A DNA stretch of 64,000 nt, taken from assembly GCA_965603825.1 (NCBI GenBank), contig CBFDEM010000028.1:372001-436000 (forward strand), in the 5' to 3' direction. Numbering within the stretch: position 1 is the stretch's first letter; every line of letters starts with the position of its first letter. The notes beneath the pieces were generated by a model that saw only the letters and a list, made by a program, of their open reading frames with translations, was not told the DNA's origin and ran no database searches. This document shows, one piece after another, positions 24,154 through 36,762 of this stretch. This stretch comes from Blepharisma stoltei ATCC 30299 (taxonomy: Eukaryota; Protista; Ciliophora). A program made the position numbers and the translations under genes.

Positions 24154-25593
24154 TTATCTATACTTCGCAAGCATAACCTTAATCTCAGGTTTGCTTATTC
24201 CTCTTGTCTCAACTATGTCAAACATTAAATAAATTGCTCCAAATAAGCAAATAGCTGCATAGAAGAAAAACGTCCCAGAAGCTCCAAGCCCGCTTGACAT
24301 AATTGGGAAAAGAAAGACAACTCCGAAAACGCATAACCAATTTGTCCCTACGCACAAGCTCATAGCTTTAGCTGCCAAAATTTCTCCACAGTAAACCCAA
24401 CAAAGAGGCCCAGATGAAATTTCAAAAAAGAAAAGGAATATCAATATAAACGCGAGGGGAGGCCCAACTCCAGCATCTATATAATCAGAGAACAGCCCCA
24501 TCAAAAACAGACAAACTGCCATTCCAAGATTCCCAGTCCATAATAAAACTTTCCTTCCAAATTTATCAATCAGTGGAAAAACTAGAAGAGTTGCAACCAT
24601 GTTTGTCAAGCCAGTGATAAAAGTTAACAGTCTTGCCAAAAATTTACCACCCCCAAAGCCACTGTAAATTGTGGTTGAATAGCTCAAAATTGCATTAATC
24701 CCGCTCCATTGCTGCAAAATATTCAACATAAATCCAAGCCTCATCATTTTAGAGTAGCCTTTTCTGAAAAATAGCAAATCTTGATAAGTGGGTTCGGCTT
24801 CAGCTCTACTGTGAAAAGAGCCTTTTTCGCTCCCAGTCTCAGACAGCTCTGTGGCTGACTTTTTGCCCATTTCCATTGTCATAAGGACATTTGAAGCTCC
24901 GTCTTCTGTATAAACTTGCATGAGACTTTTGAAGGCTTCATCTCTTTTTCCTTTTTCAAGTAGCCAATGAGGGGTTTCTTGCCTATAAATAAACGTGAAG
25001 GTGAGTAGCTGGATAAAAGCAATGATTCCAGAAAAAGCAAAGCAGCATAGCCACCAATAGTTGAATATATGATCATTATAATCCCCAGTTGGAAGCGGCA
25101 ATGCTAATGCATATGCCACAGCAATTCCAAGTGTGACTTGGAGCTGAACTAAACTTCCCAGCTTTCCTCCAATCTCTGGCGGCGCTGTTTCATTGATATA
25201 TAAAGGACATAGGGTTGTAAAACTCCCTGCCGCAAAGCCGGTAATTATTCTCCCAATGGCAAATGATGGAGTGAAGGGGATAATTATTACTCCAGCCCCT
25301 ATTATTGCGATTCAATCTGTGTAAATAATTGCTTGTCTTCTTCCCGCTTTTGATGCTAATGGACCGCCAAGCAAAGCTCCAAACATTGCCCCTAATGGCA
25401 TTAAAGCTGACATTATTGTGATATACAGATCTTTGTCACCACCCCATCCTAAAGTCGCAGCAATATTAGGCTGGGGCGAGTTAAACTCTCCTAAAGTGTA
25501 TCCAAATACGAATGAACCTCAGCTGGCATTAAAGGCCATTTTCCAAACCGTTTTCTCTCTGTAGGGCTTGCTGAGAATTAACGGGTCGGCCAT
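24154..25593 (-). CDS. MFS sugar porter (GLUT-like)
   Basis: QQWSGINAI, DKFGRK, ETRG; N-terminal half recovered with TGA=Trp (ASWGSFVFGY); 479 aa. Confidence 0.92.
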
Positions 25594-25819
25594 TTAATAA
25601 TTAGTAAAGTAAACATGAACAATTTCAATAATTTAATAATTCCACATGAAAATTTAACAGTTCCAATAACTTATTCGCTAGTGATATCAGCTTGATATCA
25701 GCTTGATATGATTATTTTTTATTTTAGATATTATTATGAATCAAAATTATTAAAAATAAAATTTTTTTGCCTATTTGTCAGCTTTCTTTCACCACCTTAA
25801 TCCCAGGGCCTGATAATAA

Positions 25820-26668
25820 ATGGGAAGGCTAAATATTCATGACGATTTTTTGATAAATGAAAAGGAATTTGAAAGGGAAAATCTAGATTTTGGCAAAGAT
25901 TCAGCTTTGATCAGCTGACATCAAGATCAAACTCTATTAGTTATATCCAATCCTGAAGCAAACACAATTAAGAAGATTCAAATTCAGATGCCAGAACCTC
26001 TAAGCAAATGCACATGTGTTATTCAAATGCCAAATTATTGACTATTTTGTTATGGAAATATTGATCCTTTTACTGGGATTGCATGCATGATCTCTACTAA
26101 AGATCTTACTTACAAAATTCTTCCCTCTTGAAAACCATGCTGCTGTTCTGGAGGGACTTATTATCTTGAATCAGTCTATATCTTTGGAGGTTTTAAAGGT
26201 CCCTCTATGGATTTGGCAATGAAGTTTGATATAGCTAAAAGTGAATGAAAATCGTTATCAGCGCTTCCAAAACCGTCGATAAAGTGCTCTTGTGCAGTAT
26301 TTTTTAGAAATATTTTGATTAGCGGTAATGATCATAACTGCTTATATGTATATGACACAGATATTGACAGCTATTCAGTATCTGAGGTAAAGGTAAATGC
26401 TTATAAAAATAAATATTTATTTTCTGGAAATCAGAGGGCTTATATAATGCAAACATCTGGAGACATTTATGAAAGTGACTTAAAGAATCCCTATTTTTGA
26501 AAATCAATTGGAAGATGTGAATTATATGGTTACTATCAAATGGGGAAAATAGCCTACGATAATTCATTCTATTTTGGCGCTATATGCTCCTCTGATGATA
26601 CTTTCTATTTTTATTTTGTTTTTGATTTAATTAAGAAGAAAGTAACCCAAAAAAAATACTTTAGATAA
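25820..26668 (+). CDS. Kelch-like beta-propeller protein (mostly missed by ORF track)
   Basis: 282 aa with five TGA=Trp; VYIFGGF..KFDIAKSEWKSLSALP. Confidence 0.75.
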
Positions 26669-27000
26669 GAAGAGGTATCAATAGTTCTTCTGTGTCCTGC
26701 TAAGGATCTTTCTAATATAATTAATTAAATTAAACTATCTGCATAAGAAATATCTTAGTAATACAATACATATATGAAATAACTTATTATTCACAAGTTG
26801 TCGATCTAATAATTTGCGAAAATATGTGGCTATCTTTTGTAATTTAAAGTAAATAGTTATTTATTGCTATAAAATTCATTGGGAAAAATACCTACATAAA
26901 TGATTACTTTTATACATTTAAATTCCAATTCTAAATCAAATCGATCTTTATCCATAGCAAGAGCTATTTTAGCAGTGTATCATAGGAGAATTAATCATAA

Positions 27001-29631
27001 ATGGCAAGGAACCTTAGCAAATTTGTGTTCTTTGCACTTCTTGGCTTTTCATGTGCCTTTAATGATTTTGGCTTCACAGAAGAAGAGGTATCAGCTTTTA
27101 CTAATCCTTATGTAGTCACATCAGTTTCTCAAAGCTCATCAAGTGTTTACATTAGTGCTGCATATCAAGCACCAGCAGGTGAAATCGACTTTTTAGGGGC
27201 AGAGCAAATAATTCAAAGCCTTTCAATTGTTATTCAGTACGACAATGCATACCGTGTCCGTGTAACAATTACAGATGCAAACAACTCAGGCCGTTGGAGA
27301 GTCCCAGACTCAATTCCTCCATACTCTCCTACTGGTCCAGGAACCTTTTACTCTTTAACTCCTATAGTAGTTGGGCAGCCTCTTTCAATCAAGATCACAA
27401 GAACGACTGACAATAAAGTTGTTTTCTTCCTTAACCCAAATCAGCCTTTTGGGTACAATGATCAAGATATTGGCTTTGCCAATTGGCTTGGATATCCTAT
27501 TCAAGTTATGGGACTTGGTGAAAGAATTTCTTCATTTGTCCTAGCCCAAGGCTCATATACCCTTTATGCACGTGATAGAGGGTCTCCAATTGATACTGGA
27601 GACACTCCTGACTCGAACATGTACAGCGCTCAGCCATTCTACCTTGCAGTTGACAATCAGCTTGCAGCTCATGGAGGACTATTTTTGAATTCCAATGCAA
27701 TGACCTCATTTGTAGGCAGCAACTTTGTGGGATTCAGAACAACAGGAGGAATTATTGACTTCTTCTTATTTATTGGGCCAGAGCCTGCTGATGTAATATA
27801 TCAGTATCACCAGCTTATAGGAAACCCAACATTGGTCCCTTGGTGGGGTTTGGGTTGGCATCAATGCAGATGGGGAATGCAAAACATTTCAGTTGTGGCC
27901 AATGTCTCAAATTCTTATACAACCTACAATCTCCCATTAGATGCTATGTGGATCGACATAGATTACATGAATCAGTTCCAAGACTTCACTCTGGATCCAG
28001 TCAATTTCCCACAAGCAAGCGTAAGTGCCTGGGTTGCAGGTTTAACGAAAGCAAATAAACACTTTGTACCTATAGTAGATGCTGGAATTGCACAAAACAC
28101 CCAATACGCCACTTATTCAGCTGGACTAGCTCTAAATGTCTACATCGCATCTCCAAACCACGCTGGCCCTACCACTGGAGTTGTGTGGCCAGGAACTGCA
28201 GTTTTCGTTGACTGAACTAATCCAAAAGCTACAGCATTTTGGACAAGCCAGCTCACAGGATTCCAAACCTTGGCAGGTTTTTCTGGAATTTGGCTCGATA
28301 TGAATGAAGCAAGCAATTTTGTCAATGGAGAACCAAACTACCCACCTACCAAAATCACCAATTTGACAATGCCATACACCCCAGGCCAAGACGTGAATAT
28401 GAACTCATTGGATGTGGCTTCAACACATTATGGAGGAGTGCTTGAATATAACCTTCACAGCATGTTTGGGTTCTATGAAACCTTTGCAACTTTCCAATAT
28501 TTCTCCAGCCAAAATTTGAGACCTTTTATCATTACAAGAAGCTCTTTTGTAGGAACTGGAAGATATGCTGGAAAATGGACTGGTGACAACTTTTCACAGT
28601 GGAGTTTCATGGCTTATTCAATTACTGGGCTATTTGATTTAGGGATGTTTGGGATTGCCTTTGCTGGAGCGGATATCTGCGGATTCCAAGGCAATACTAA
28701 TGAAGAACTGTGTTCTAGATGGATGCAACTAGGTACCTTATATCCATTTTCAAGAAACCACAACCAAATAATGCAAGTAGACCAATATCCATGGTCATTT
28801 GGTCCAACTCTCTTGCAGACCTCAAACATTGCTATTAGAACTAAATACTCTTTATTGCTACACTTTGCAACAGGAATGTTCAGAGTTTCTCAAAACGGAG
28901 GAATGCACTTCAGACCAGCTTTCTTCGACTACCCTAACGACATTAATCTATTGAACAACGCCACATCTCATTTCATGCTTGGTGAAGGGCTCATTGTTCA
29001 CCCTGTTCTATCACCTGGATTAACAAGAATGTCAGCCTATTTCCCAAGTGATCTTTGGTATGACTTTTATCAAGGCACTTACACTCAATTGAATTACTAC
29101 AATACTGTTAATCTGAATGTCACACTGCCAGGCCCTATTCCTATTCATGTCAGAGGGGGCCATATAATTTCAACTTTGGATAATTCGAATACAGTTCTTG
29201 ATGCTATCACATTAAGAAAGTCGCCTATTACTTTGGTCGTTGCATTAAATGGAGCTTTCCAAGCTAATGGACATGCAGTGTTTGATAATGGAGTTTCTGC
29301 TAGTACCATTTCAGCAAATGAGTTTACGATGGTTAATTATCATTATCAATACTTAAATCAAACCTCTGATACCTTGATTATTCAGCCAAGTGTAAATGGA
29401 TATACAAGACCTGCTGGAGAGTTCCCATATATTTCAAATATCATCATTTATGGGTGTGTTGAAGGAGTAAGAAACGTATTTTATAGCAGCAATGCTTATA
29501 CTGGACAGCTGAATCCAGTATTTTTGCTGTGGAACCCTACTACCTCTGTTTGCAAGATTAATCTTTCTAGCTCAAGAGTGCCTGTTCAACCTGATGTTGC
29601 AGCTACAATCACGATTAACTTTTATCTCTAA
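27001..29631 (+). CDS. GH31 alpha-glucosidase (secreted/lysosomal type)
   Basis: Signal peptide; WIDIDYM; VWPG..FVDW(TGA)TNP; nucleophile WLDMNE; WTGDN; GADICGF; YPFSRNHN. Confidence 0.95.
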
Positions 29632-29842
29632 GCAATAAACTAATAATGCTTTAGTTAACATTTATTTACATATAAATCTTTTACTGATACTATTTCTTAA
29701 TTAGAAAATAGTTTTAAATAATGCTTAGGACCTCATTTTTTACTGCTTTAACAATTATTTATTATTTAGGCGATCTTTGCCAGTTAATCGATCAAAATTT
29801 TAATTTTATTTCTAAGACTAGCTTTTAATAAAAGATAACTTA

Positions 29843-30952
29843 TTAAGCTGCTGTTGCAAAGCCAACTCTTGCGCCAGCGATATCGAAGAGTGTATAGTAA
29901 GCTCTGATAAACACATCACCAAGAATAAAGTCATGGCTTAGGTAAGATGGGAAATCTATTCCCTCAAATCCACCAATGCACTCTGTTTGATTCTGAGATG
30001 TTATCTGCAAAACATACTGCTGTGGAGTCAGTGGGTAGTTAATTCCATTAATTGTAAAAGAAATTGTTGGAAGTGAGTTGATATTGGAGCAATCTGACTT
30101 AATATCGCCGATTTTCAGTCTCCAATAGTCAATGATTTCGTTTCTCGCAACGATAAGTGAAGTGCCAGTATCCACAATGCCTTGGAGGCCGCTGAATGGA
30201 ATTTTAGTGCCTGCAATTGAGCAACTATCAAGATTTATCATCCAATAAGTTTGGTTGCAAAGAGGCACATAGTTGAATGCAGTTTTACCAAGACCAGGCT
30301 GAGAGCCACCTAATATAAGAACGCTGCCAGCAGCTCCTGCAACCTTGCTGAGGTATACTGAGAATTGATTAGCAGCAATAAGTCCTGTTTGCCATAAATA
30401 TTGGAAGGTTGGAGGAATGTTATTTACTGCAATTGAAGGCCACGCAAGTCCTAAAATACCATCAAACTTTCCAGCTACAAATGAAATTCCTTGTAGGTTA
30501 GTAATTTCAGCGAAAAGCACATTAGGAATTGAGTAAGATCCCCAAGTGACTGTATCTTGGCTTGTAAATCCTTCTACAGCTCCAGAGCCATAGGTGATGT
30601 TGAAAAGGGTACCGTTTTTCACATAGGTGCTTGAGGCAGAGGACTTGTAAGTGCTGTGAACAAAGCAAGGCAAGGTTTGGCAACTGTATGAAGGAACCCA
30701 TAAGTTGGAAGAACCAGTATCAAAAACGAGCTTGAAGTATTGAGGAGGAGTTCCAATTCCAACGAGGCCGAAATATTGAGCGTCCATGTAATTTGTCATT
30801 GGAATAGTGTTTGTGGTACCTCCGCCGAATCTCTTGAATGTTCTAGGGCTCTTGTAGTAAGCAAGTAGCTCGTCTTGGTTGCGAAGAGGATGCAGAGGGA
30901 TTTCAATAAGTGCAAAGGCTATCCCCAGGAGGAAAAATAATTTCACCACCAT
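29843..30952 (-). CDS. Pepsin-family aspartic protease (cathepsin D/E-like)
   Basis: Signal peptide; FDTGSSNLWVP; VDTGTS; ILGDVF. Confidence 0.95.
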   Translation of the reverse strand: MVVKLFFLLGIAFALIEIPLHPLRNQDELLAYYKSPRTFKRFGGGTTNTIPMTNYMDAQYFGLVGIGTPPQYFKLVFDTGSSNLWVPSYSCQTLPCFVHSTYKSSASSTYVKNGTLFNITYGSGAVEGFTSQDTVTWGSYSIPNVLFAEITNLQGISFVAGKFDGILGLAWPSIAVNNIPPTFQYLWQTGLIAANQFSVYLSKVAGAAGSVLILGGSQPGLGKTAFNYVPLCNQTYWMINLDSCSIAGTKIPFSGLQGIVDTGTSLIVARNEIIDYWRLKIGDIKSDCSNINSLPTISFTINGINYPLTPQQYVLQITSQNQTECIGGFEGIDFPSYLSHDFILGDVFIRAYYTLFDIAGARVGFATAA

Positions 30953-31791
30953 TTTAGAATGATAAAGAAAACTGGCGAAATTGTTTTAGTTAAAAAGGTT
31001 TAGTCTATCTAAGTGTTCAAGTTTTAGGCGAGGTAATTTCATGTTTTACACCATCGATTGAAACAATGTATAGAAGCTTGTCAGGAAATTCACCAATGTT
31101 TAGTCTTATGCGTCGCTCTCCAACTTTTCCTATATAACTAAGGCTTTAGGGATTTTTATTCTCTTTCAATTCTATCTTTTCTTCCACTATCTCTTTTCTT
31201 GTTTGAGCTGATGATATGTGGAATAAAATCGATATGCTTTTTTGAACTTAATTTAAAAAACATTGTAACATTTCTATCCTCTTTTAATTTACTTTATAAG
31301 CACCCTGATACAAATATGCCTAATAATTATTTGCAATAGGAACTGCTTTTAGGCTTTAAAATCATATTTAAATGAAAGCTTGCTAGCATCGTTTATTGTA
31401 TCGCATGACAGCAATAAAATTGAATAACTATGCTGTGTTTAGAATTGATGATATAGAATAAAGTCATCTAAGAGATGGCTTGGCCATAAGTAAGCATATT
31501 TTCAATTGATAAAATCTGAAAACAATTTTGTATAATAAAGCCTTTAGAGGTTAAAATACATGAAATATAAATTTCAAAGAAAGCAAACTGGGCTATACTT
31601 AAGGCGGCATTCTTCTTTCAATAAAATTTGTAAAACCCATAAACTTTGTATTGATTCATAAGCCTTGGTTATTTCTTTTATAATTAGGAATTCTAATAAG
31701 GCTTTGGGCAGCATGAAAAAAACCCTATTATACGTCAATTTTGGCATTGCGCATTGAGTATAAATAGCTTATTATTGACGGGGCTATTATA

Positions 31792-33471
31792 ATGGAGTCC
31801 GAAAAAGTGATTTTTTCTTACTTAAAATCCCGCGGGTACAAGACTACAGAGCAATCTTTAAAAGGTGAAGTCAAAAATGCAACTAAACTCGATCTTTCTC
31901 AATCTGGGCCATTGCCATTATGCGAAGTTGCCATGGATGAGCTTTTCAAGTCTATGCATGACGCAAACAACGACGAAGTTTACATTGAGACCTTCAGGAC
32001 TCTCCTGGAATGAATTGAAACAGTCCTTGACACTTATAAAGAAGATTTACAGAAAATCGTCTCCCCAATTTTCCAATACCTTTATTTGCACATGATCAAT
32101 CGAAATATGCTGGAATCTGCATCAGTTTTTTTCGAAGAATTTTCCCAATACCACTCAAATAAAGAAGAGCTTAAAGAGCTAAAAGGCATTGAAAAGCCAG
32201 AAGATTTAGACTCTGAGTTCGTCCAAAACTTGTTTTCACATAAATGTGTCATTTTAATGAACAAGTACTCTATAGCACTCTTAATGAGTTTTATTGAGTC
32301 TTCAAGGCTGGGATTGCTGCTTTTTATTATTAACCAGCACTTGGACTTGCAAGCTTCTACAGACTCACAAAGCTCAGTTCCAGTACTTTTAGGAGATGAT
32401 GTGGCGATTCTGCATGACACGTCTAATTTGATTTTGATTCCAGTAATAGAGAAAGATATGAAGATTTTCAAAGATTTGAGGGTTCCTTTTCCAGCTGTGG
32501 ATCCAGATTTACAAGAAAAAGTCAATAGCGAAATAAGTCAAAAAACAGATCTGAGTGAAAATAACTTGCCAAGCATTATCTGCCACAGTGCATTGAATTC
32601 GAACAATAGTATGCTCTGCTTGGAAATTAGTGTTGAAGGAACTGTTATTGCTGCAGGATTTGAAGACTCCAGCATTCGAGTATGAAACTTGCTTCGTCCA
32701 GTGCAAGTTTGGAAAAACTCAATGACAAATGAAGAAGAGCTTCGAGAATATATTCAGCTTATTGGGCACTCTGAAGCAGTTTTTTGCTTAAGTTTTAGTC
32801 CAAACACGCAATTATTAATCTCTGGCTCAGAAGATTGCACAATTCGGCTCTGAAGCCTAATTTCAAACTCATGCTTAGTTGTGTACAGACATCACCCTTT
32901 TCCTGTATGAAGTGTCACATTTGGGCCAATGGGGCATTATTTTGCAAGTGGCAGCTTTGACACAACCGCTGCACTTTGGTCAACAGACAATATCGAGCCT
33001 CTCAAAATCTATTCTGGCCACTTATCTGATGTAATTGTAGTAAAATTTCACCCCAATATTCACTATTTAGCTACAGGCTCCAATGATAAAACAATACGCA
33101 TATGAGAAGTCGCAAGCGGAAACTGTGTGAGAATCTTCATTTCTCACGCAGCAGCCGTCACTGCTCTGATTTTCTCCAAATCTGGAAAAGAAATTTACTC
33201 AGGCGACGAAAGTGGAGAGGTTCAAAAAATTGATATAAATGAAAAAAATTGTATAAGCAAAATAAAACTACAAGGAAGAATCTCAAGCTTATCGCTAAGC
33301 CAAGAAGGATCTTTAATAGCTTGTGGGAGTGAAAGCAATGCGTTGACTTTAGCGAATGGAGACTTAAATCTGGTAAAAAATTACCCAACAAAGAAAATCC
33401 CAATGTTTGCGGTAAACTTCACATTAAGAAATTTACTAGTTGTAGGTGGTCCTTGCTTATTGGAAAATTAA
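31792..33471 (+). CDS. TAF5: TFIID subunit 5-like (LisH + NTD2 + WD40)
   Basis: YLKSRGY LisH; five TGA codons, four in WD-repeat Trp contexts (SIRVW, TIRLW, FPVWSV, TIRIW); GHLSDV..KFHPN. Confidence 0.82.
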
Positions 33472-33529
33472 TAAAAAATTCACATAAAATTTTAAGGATT
33501 TTTAAAATAACGATTTATTTCCAATCATT

Positions 33530-34909
33530 ATGTCCAGCATAAGTTCTTCTGAAGATTACAAAATTTCTTTGGAATTGGGAGGAATTATTGCTCCATTAGC
33601 TCAGAAAGCCTCTCTAAATGAGCAGGATTTCAACCTAAAGCATTCAGCTTTCCTGGATTTATCTTCAAAGATCCAGCAACTCAATAGTTCTCCTGAGTCC
33701 AAGGCTCGTCTTCAAGAGCAATTTGAAAAACTTTTAAACGCAATTGAATTTTTTGAAAAGCCTGATATCATACCGTTTCCCTGGCTAGATTTTAAATTCA
33801 ATGAAATAATTATAAAAGAAAATCCTGATAACTGTGACACATCAAGATCTCAAGGATCCCAGCTCAGCATTGAAAAAGACCAAATTATGACACAAGAGTA
33901 TCAAAAAAAAATTAAAACTTTAGAAAATGAGATTGATGAACTCAAGCTTGCAATTAGGAAGCTTAGAGATGAAAATCATGAAAATGAAAAATTGAAAACT
34001 AGGCTTAAGAGGATTGCAGAGTTGGAAAAAGAAAACGAAAAATTGCAAAAAATGCTGGAAGACCAAGGGGAAAGATTAAAAGAGAGCGTGATTACTGAAA
34101 AGGAATATGAAGCGATGGCTAAAGAGATTGATAAAGAAGTTACGAGAATTAAAAATGAATTAGAGGAGAGCGAAGTACAAAGGGTGGAAATAAGAAGGCA
34201 ATATGATTTGCTAAATAAAACGTATCAGGAAATGAAAAGCGATTATAAGAATGAAATACAAGCACTTAATGAAAAAATCATTGAAATTAGCAACAGAAGT
34301 CAAGATATAGAAAACAAACTTAAAGCTAGCCAATTTAAAGAGTCTGAAAACCACAGCTTAATTGAATTGGCCAATAAGCGAATTTCTGAGCTTCAAGAAG
34401 AACTAAACAATAAAGAAACTCACCTCCAGCTTCAAAATAAGTGTATAGAAGAATATAAAAAACAGTTAGAAGATCTTGAGCCAGCAACTCGCTACCAAAT
34501 CCATTTAGAAAACTGCTTAAAAGAGCTCGAGCAAAAGCTTGCAGAGAGCGAAGAAGCAAGATTTGAACAGATGAAGCTTTACAACGAGCTTCAAAGACAA
34601 ATTTCATCCCAAGAAACGGAAAGGATTAATCCCCACAGAATTAAACAGCTTGAAGATTTATTCATGAAAAGCGGAGAAAAGCTTGACGAACTCTCCACGA
34701 AAATCTATCAAACTTTAGACACTGCATTAACTGCGAGAACTGAATCTGAAAAGAAATTTAGAAAACTACGGAAAAAGAAATGCCCACATAGAGAGAAATT
34801 ATTTACTAGGCTATATGCTGAAAAGAAAAATCCGTGCGAAATCTGTATAAATGTTCACGGCCATGAATGGGCAAAATCGCCCAAACGTAAAAATAATATA
34901 ATAAGTTAA
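33530..34909 (+). CDS. Coiled-coil protein
   Basis: 459-aa ORF, heptad-rich, Cys/His-containing tail. Confidence 0.75.
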   Translation: MSSISSSEDYKISLELGGIIAPLAQKASLNEQDFNLKHSAFLDLSSKIQQLNSSPESKARLQEQFEKLLNAIEFFEKPDIIPFPWLDFKFNEIIIKENPDNCDTSRSQGSQLSIEKDQIMTQEYQKKIKTLENEIDELKLAIRKLRDENHENEKLKTRLKRIAELEKENEKLQKMLEDQGERLKESVITEKEYEAMAKEIDKEVTRIKNELEESEVQRVEIRRQYDLLNKTYQEMKSDYKNEIQALNEKIIEISNRSQDIENKLKASQFKESENHSLIELANKRISELQEELNNKETHLQLQNKCIEEYKKQLEDLEPATRYQIHLENCLKELEQKLAESEEARFEQMKLYNELQRQISSQETERINPHRIKQLEDLFMKSGEKLDELSTKIYQTLDTALTARTESEKKFRKLRKKKCPHREKLFTRLYAEKKNPCEICINVHGHEWAKSPKRKNNIIS

Positions 34910-35022
34910 GCGAAATTTTTATAGTATAATAAGGATGCAAAAGGGCATGGACTGATATTCTGTGCTGCCGAATTAATAAATTTATTACAAAAATTATTTA
35001 GTATACTTTAGAAAAATTTGAA

Positions 35023-36480
35023 CTATTGCGACTTTTCGATGAATCCTACAGTTCTAATGACCGAATTAGATCTCAAAAGAAGCCTATGATTAGAAGCCAT
35101 TTCAGATCCAGAGTCATTATTTTGATAAATAATCTGAGTATTTAGCCCAACTTCAGGCTTCCTTGATTTTACTTTTCCGGCATGTGAAATCTTTTCTTTC
35201 CTCCCTGATAAAATTATTTTTTTCTGCATCTCAGCCTCTTTAATTGATTTATCAAAATAGCCTTTAATAGTGCTCATTCGATAATTGACATGATGCCTTG
35301 TGTTTTCGCTTGCTCCTCTATCAAATAATTTGATGCTTTTAATATGCGTAGTCACTTTGGGGACTGAGCTGCTTCTTTGCAAAATAATTTTACGTTCATT
35401 GTTATTATTTTCTGTAATTGTATCGTTTGCCTTTAATGTATCTCTTACATCTATGCTGCTCCTTTTCAAAAGCATTAAGAGCCTTGAGGAACTTTCTGGG
35501 CAATTTTTATACCCATCTCTTTCTGTTCAATATTCTTTTTTATTTTTTAAAAATTGTGGAAGCTCTTTACCATGAATTCCCAGCTTGGAGTTTCCGAATG
35601 TTTTCATATTATATTCGATATCTTCGATCTGTCTCTCAACTTTCACTTTTTCATGGGTTTTTGAATCTTCTTTAGAGACTTGAACATTTTGGAGCTCTCT
35701 CTGTGCAATTTTTTCTTCAGGGTCAACATACTTATAATTCTTATAAATTTCCAATTCTTTCAGTTTATCTGATTGTCGCTTAGCAAGCAGTTCTTTTTGA
35801 GTGGATACAACGGGCTTTTCGTTATAAGCTAAAGAAATTTCTGAGCTAGTTTTTATAATATCAGAATTAGGAGCAAGATTAGATCTATTTCTATGTAAGT
35901 TTCTCACAGCTTCTTTTTTTTCTCTTTGAGTTCTAAAGAAAGGATTATTGCTACTCTTGTGCCTATCATTGGCATTAAATTCAATTCGAGACTGATAAGA
36001 ATTGAGATAACTTTCAACATAATTCGCATAAATAGCTCTTGATTCACTTTTTCGCTTCTCAAATAGCTTTCTTTGGGTCATGACTTTATTATCATTACTT
36101 TGTTTTGTAGGAGATTCTTCGCATTTTGGTTTTGAAGTAATTGAATCAATGCAGTTTCTTAAATTATTCCTCGCATCTGAGATGGAATTTGTGCGGCGCT
36201 TTATTGTTTTCTCGTTATTTTTCGTTTCAATGCTATGGCTTTTGTCTTTAATTATTTCGTTTGTTTCAGATGTCTTTTCCTTAGATTCGCTATTAAAACA
36301 GTTAGATTTATTTTCGCTTGATTGATTATCAAAAGGCAGCTTCGTGAGCTTATCTTCGCTAGTTGATCTTTTTCATGGATCCTTACAATTTTCATTGAAA
36401 GTCATTAATTTTGTTCTCACAGGATAGCCGTCAATATCGAATCTTGGTGGCGAATGATTTATGTTTTGGCTATTTTCCAT
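35023..36480 (-). CDS. Hypothetical protein (485 aa)
   Basis: ORFs 35527-36081 and 35023-35475 join via TGA=Trp; frame open upstream to ATG 36480. Confidence 0.7.
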
Positions 36481-36762
36481 TTGACGATTTTATTTACTAA
36501 TTTCTTTTCTATCAATACAACTCAGGTTTCTATGTAAATGGTGATAACCTCCATAAAGAATTCAAATCTAGCATTCTGTTATAATAAAATGCTATATCTG
36601 CCTTTGTATCACTAAATTTTAAATCCTAATTATTACTTTTTAAATTTAAACGCTATGCAGAGGCACTAATTTTACCAGTAAGTGCATCACAAGCCTAGAT
36701 AAACCGGAATATCTCTGATAATCCCATTAATTTCAACAAATTAAAAATTATTTTAATAATTT

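Noticed and set aside
22460-33105. In-frame TGA as selenocysteine or cysteine
   Set aside because: TGA occupies conserved Trp positions (WD40, Josephin HW) and swaps with TGG between paralogs.
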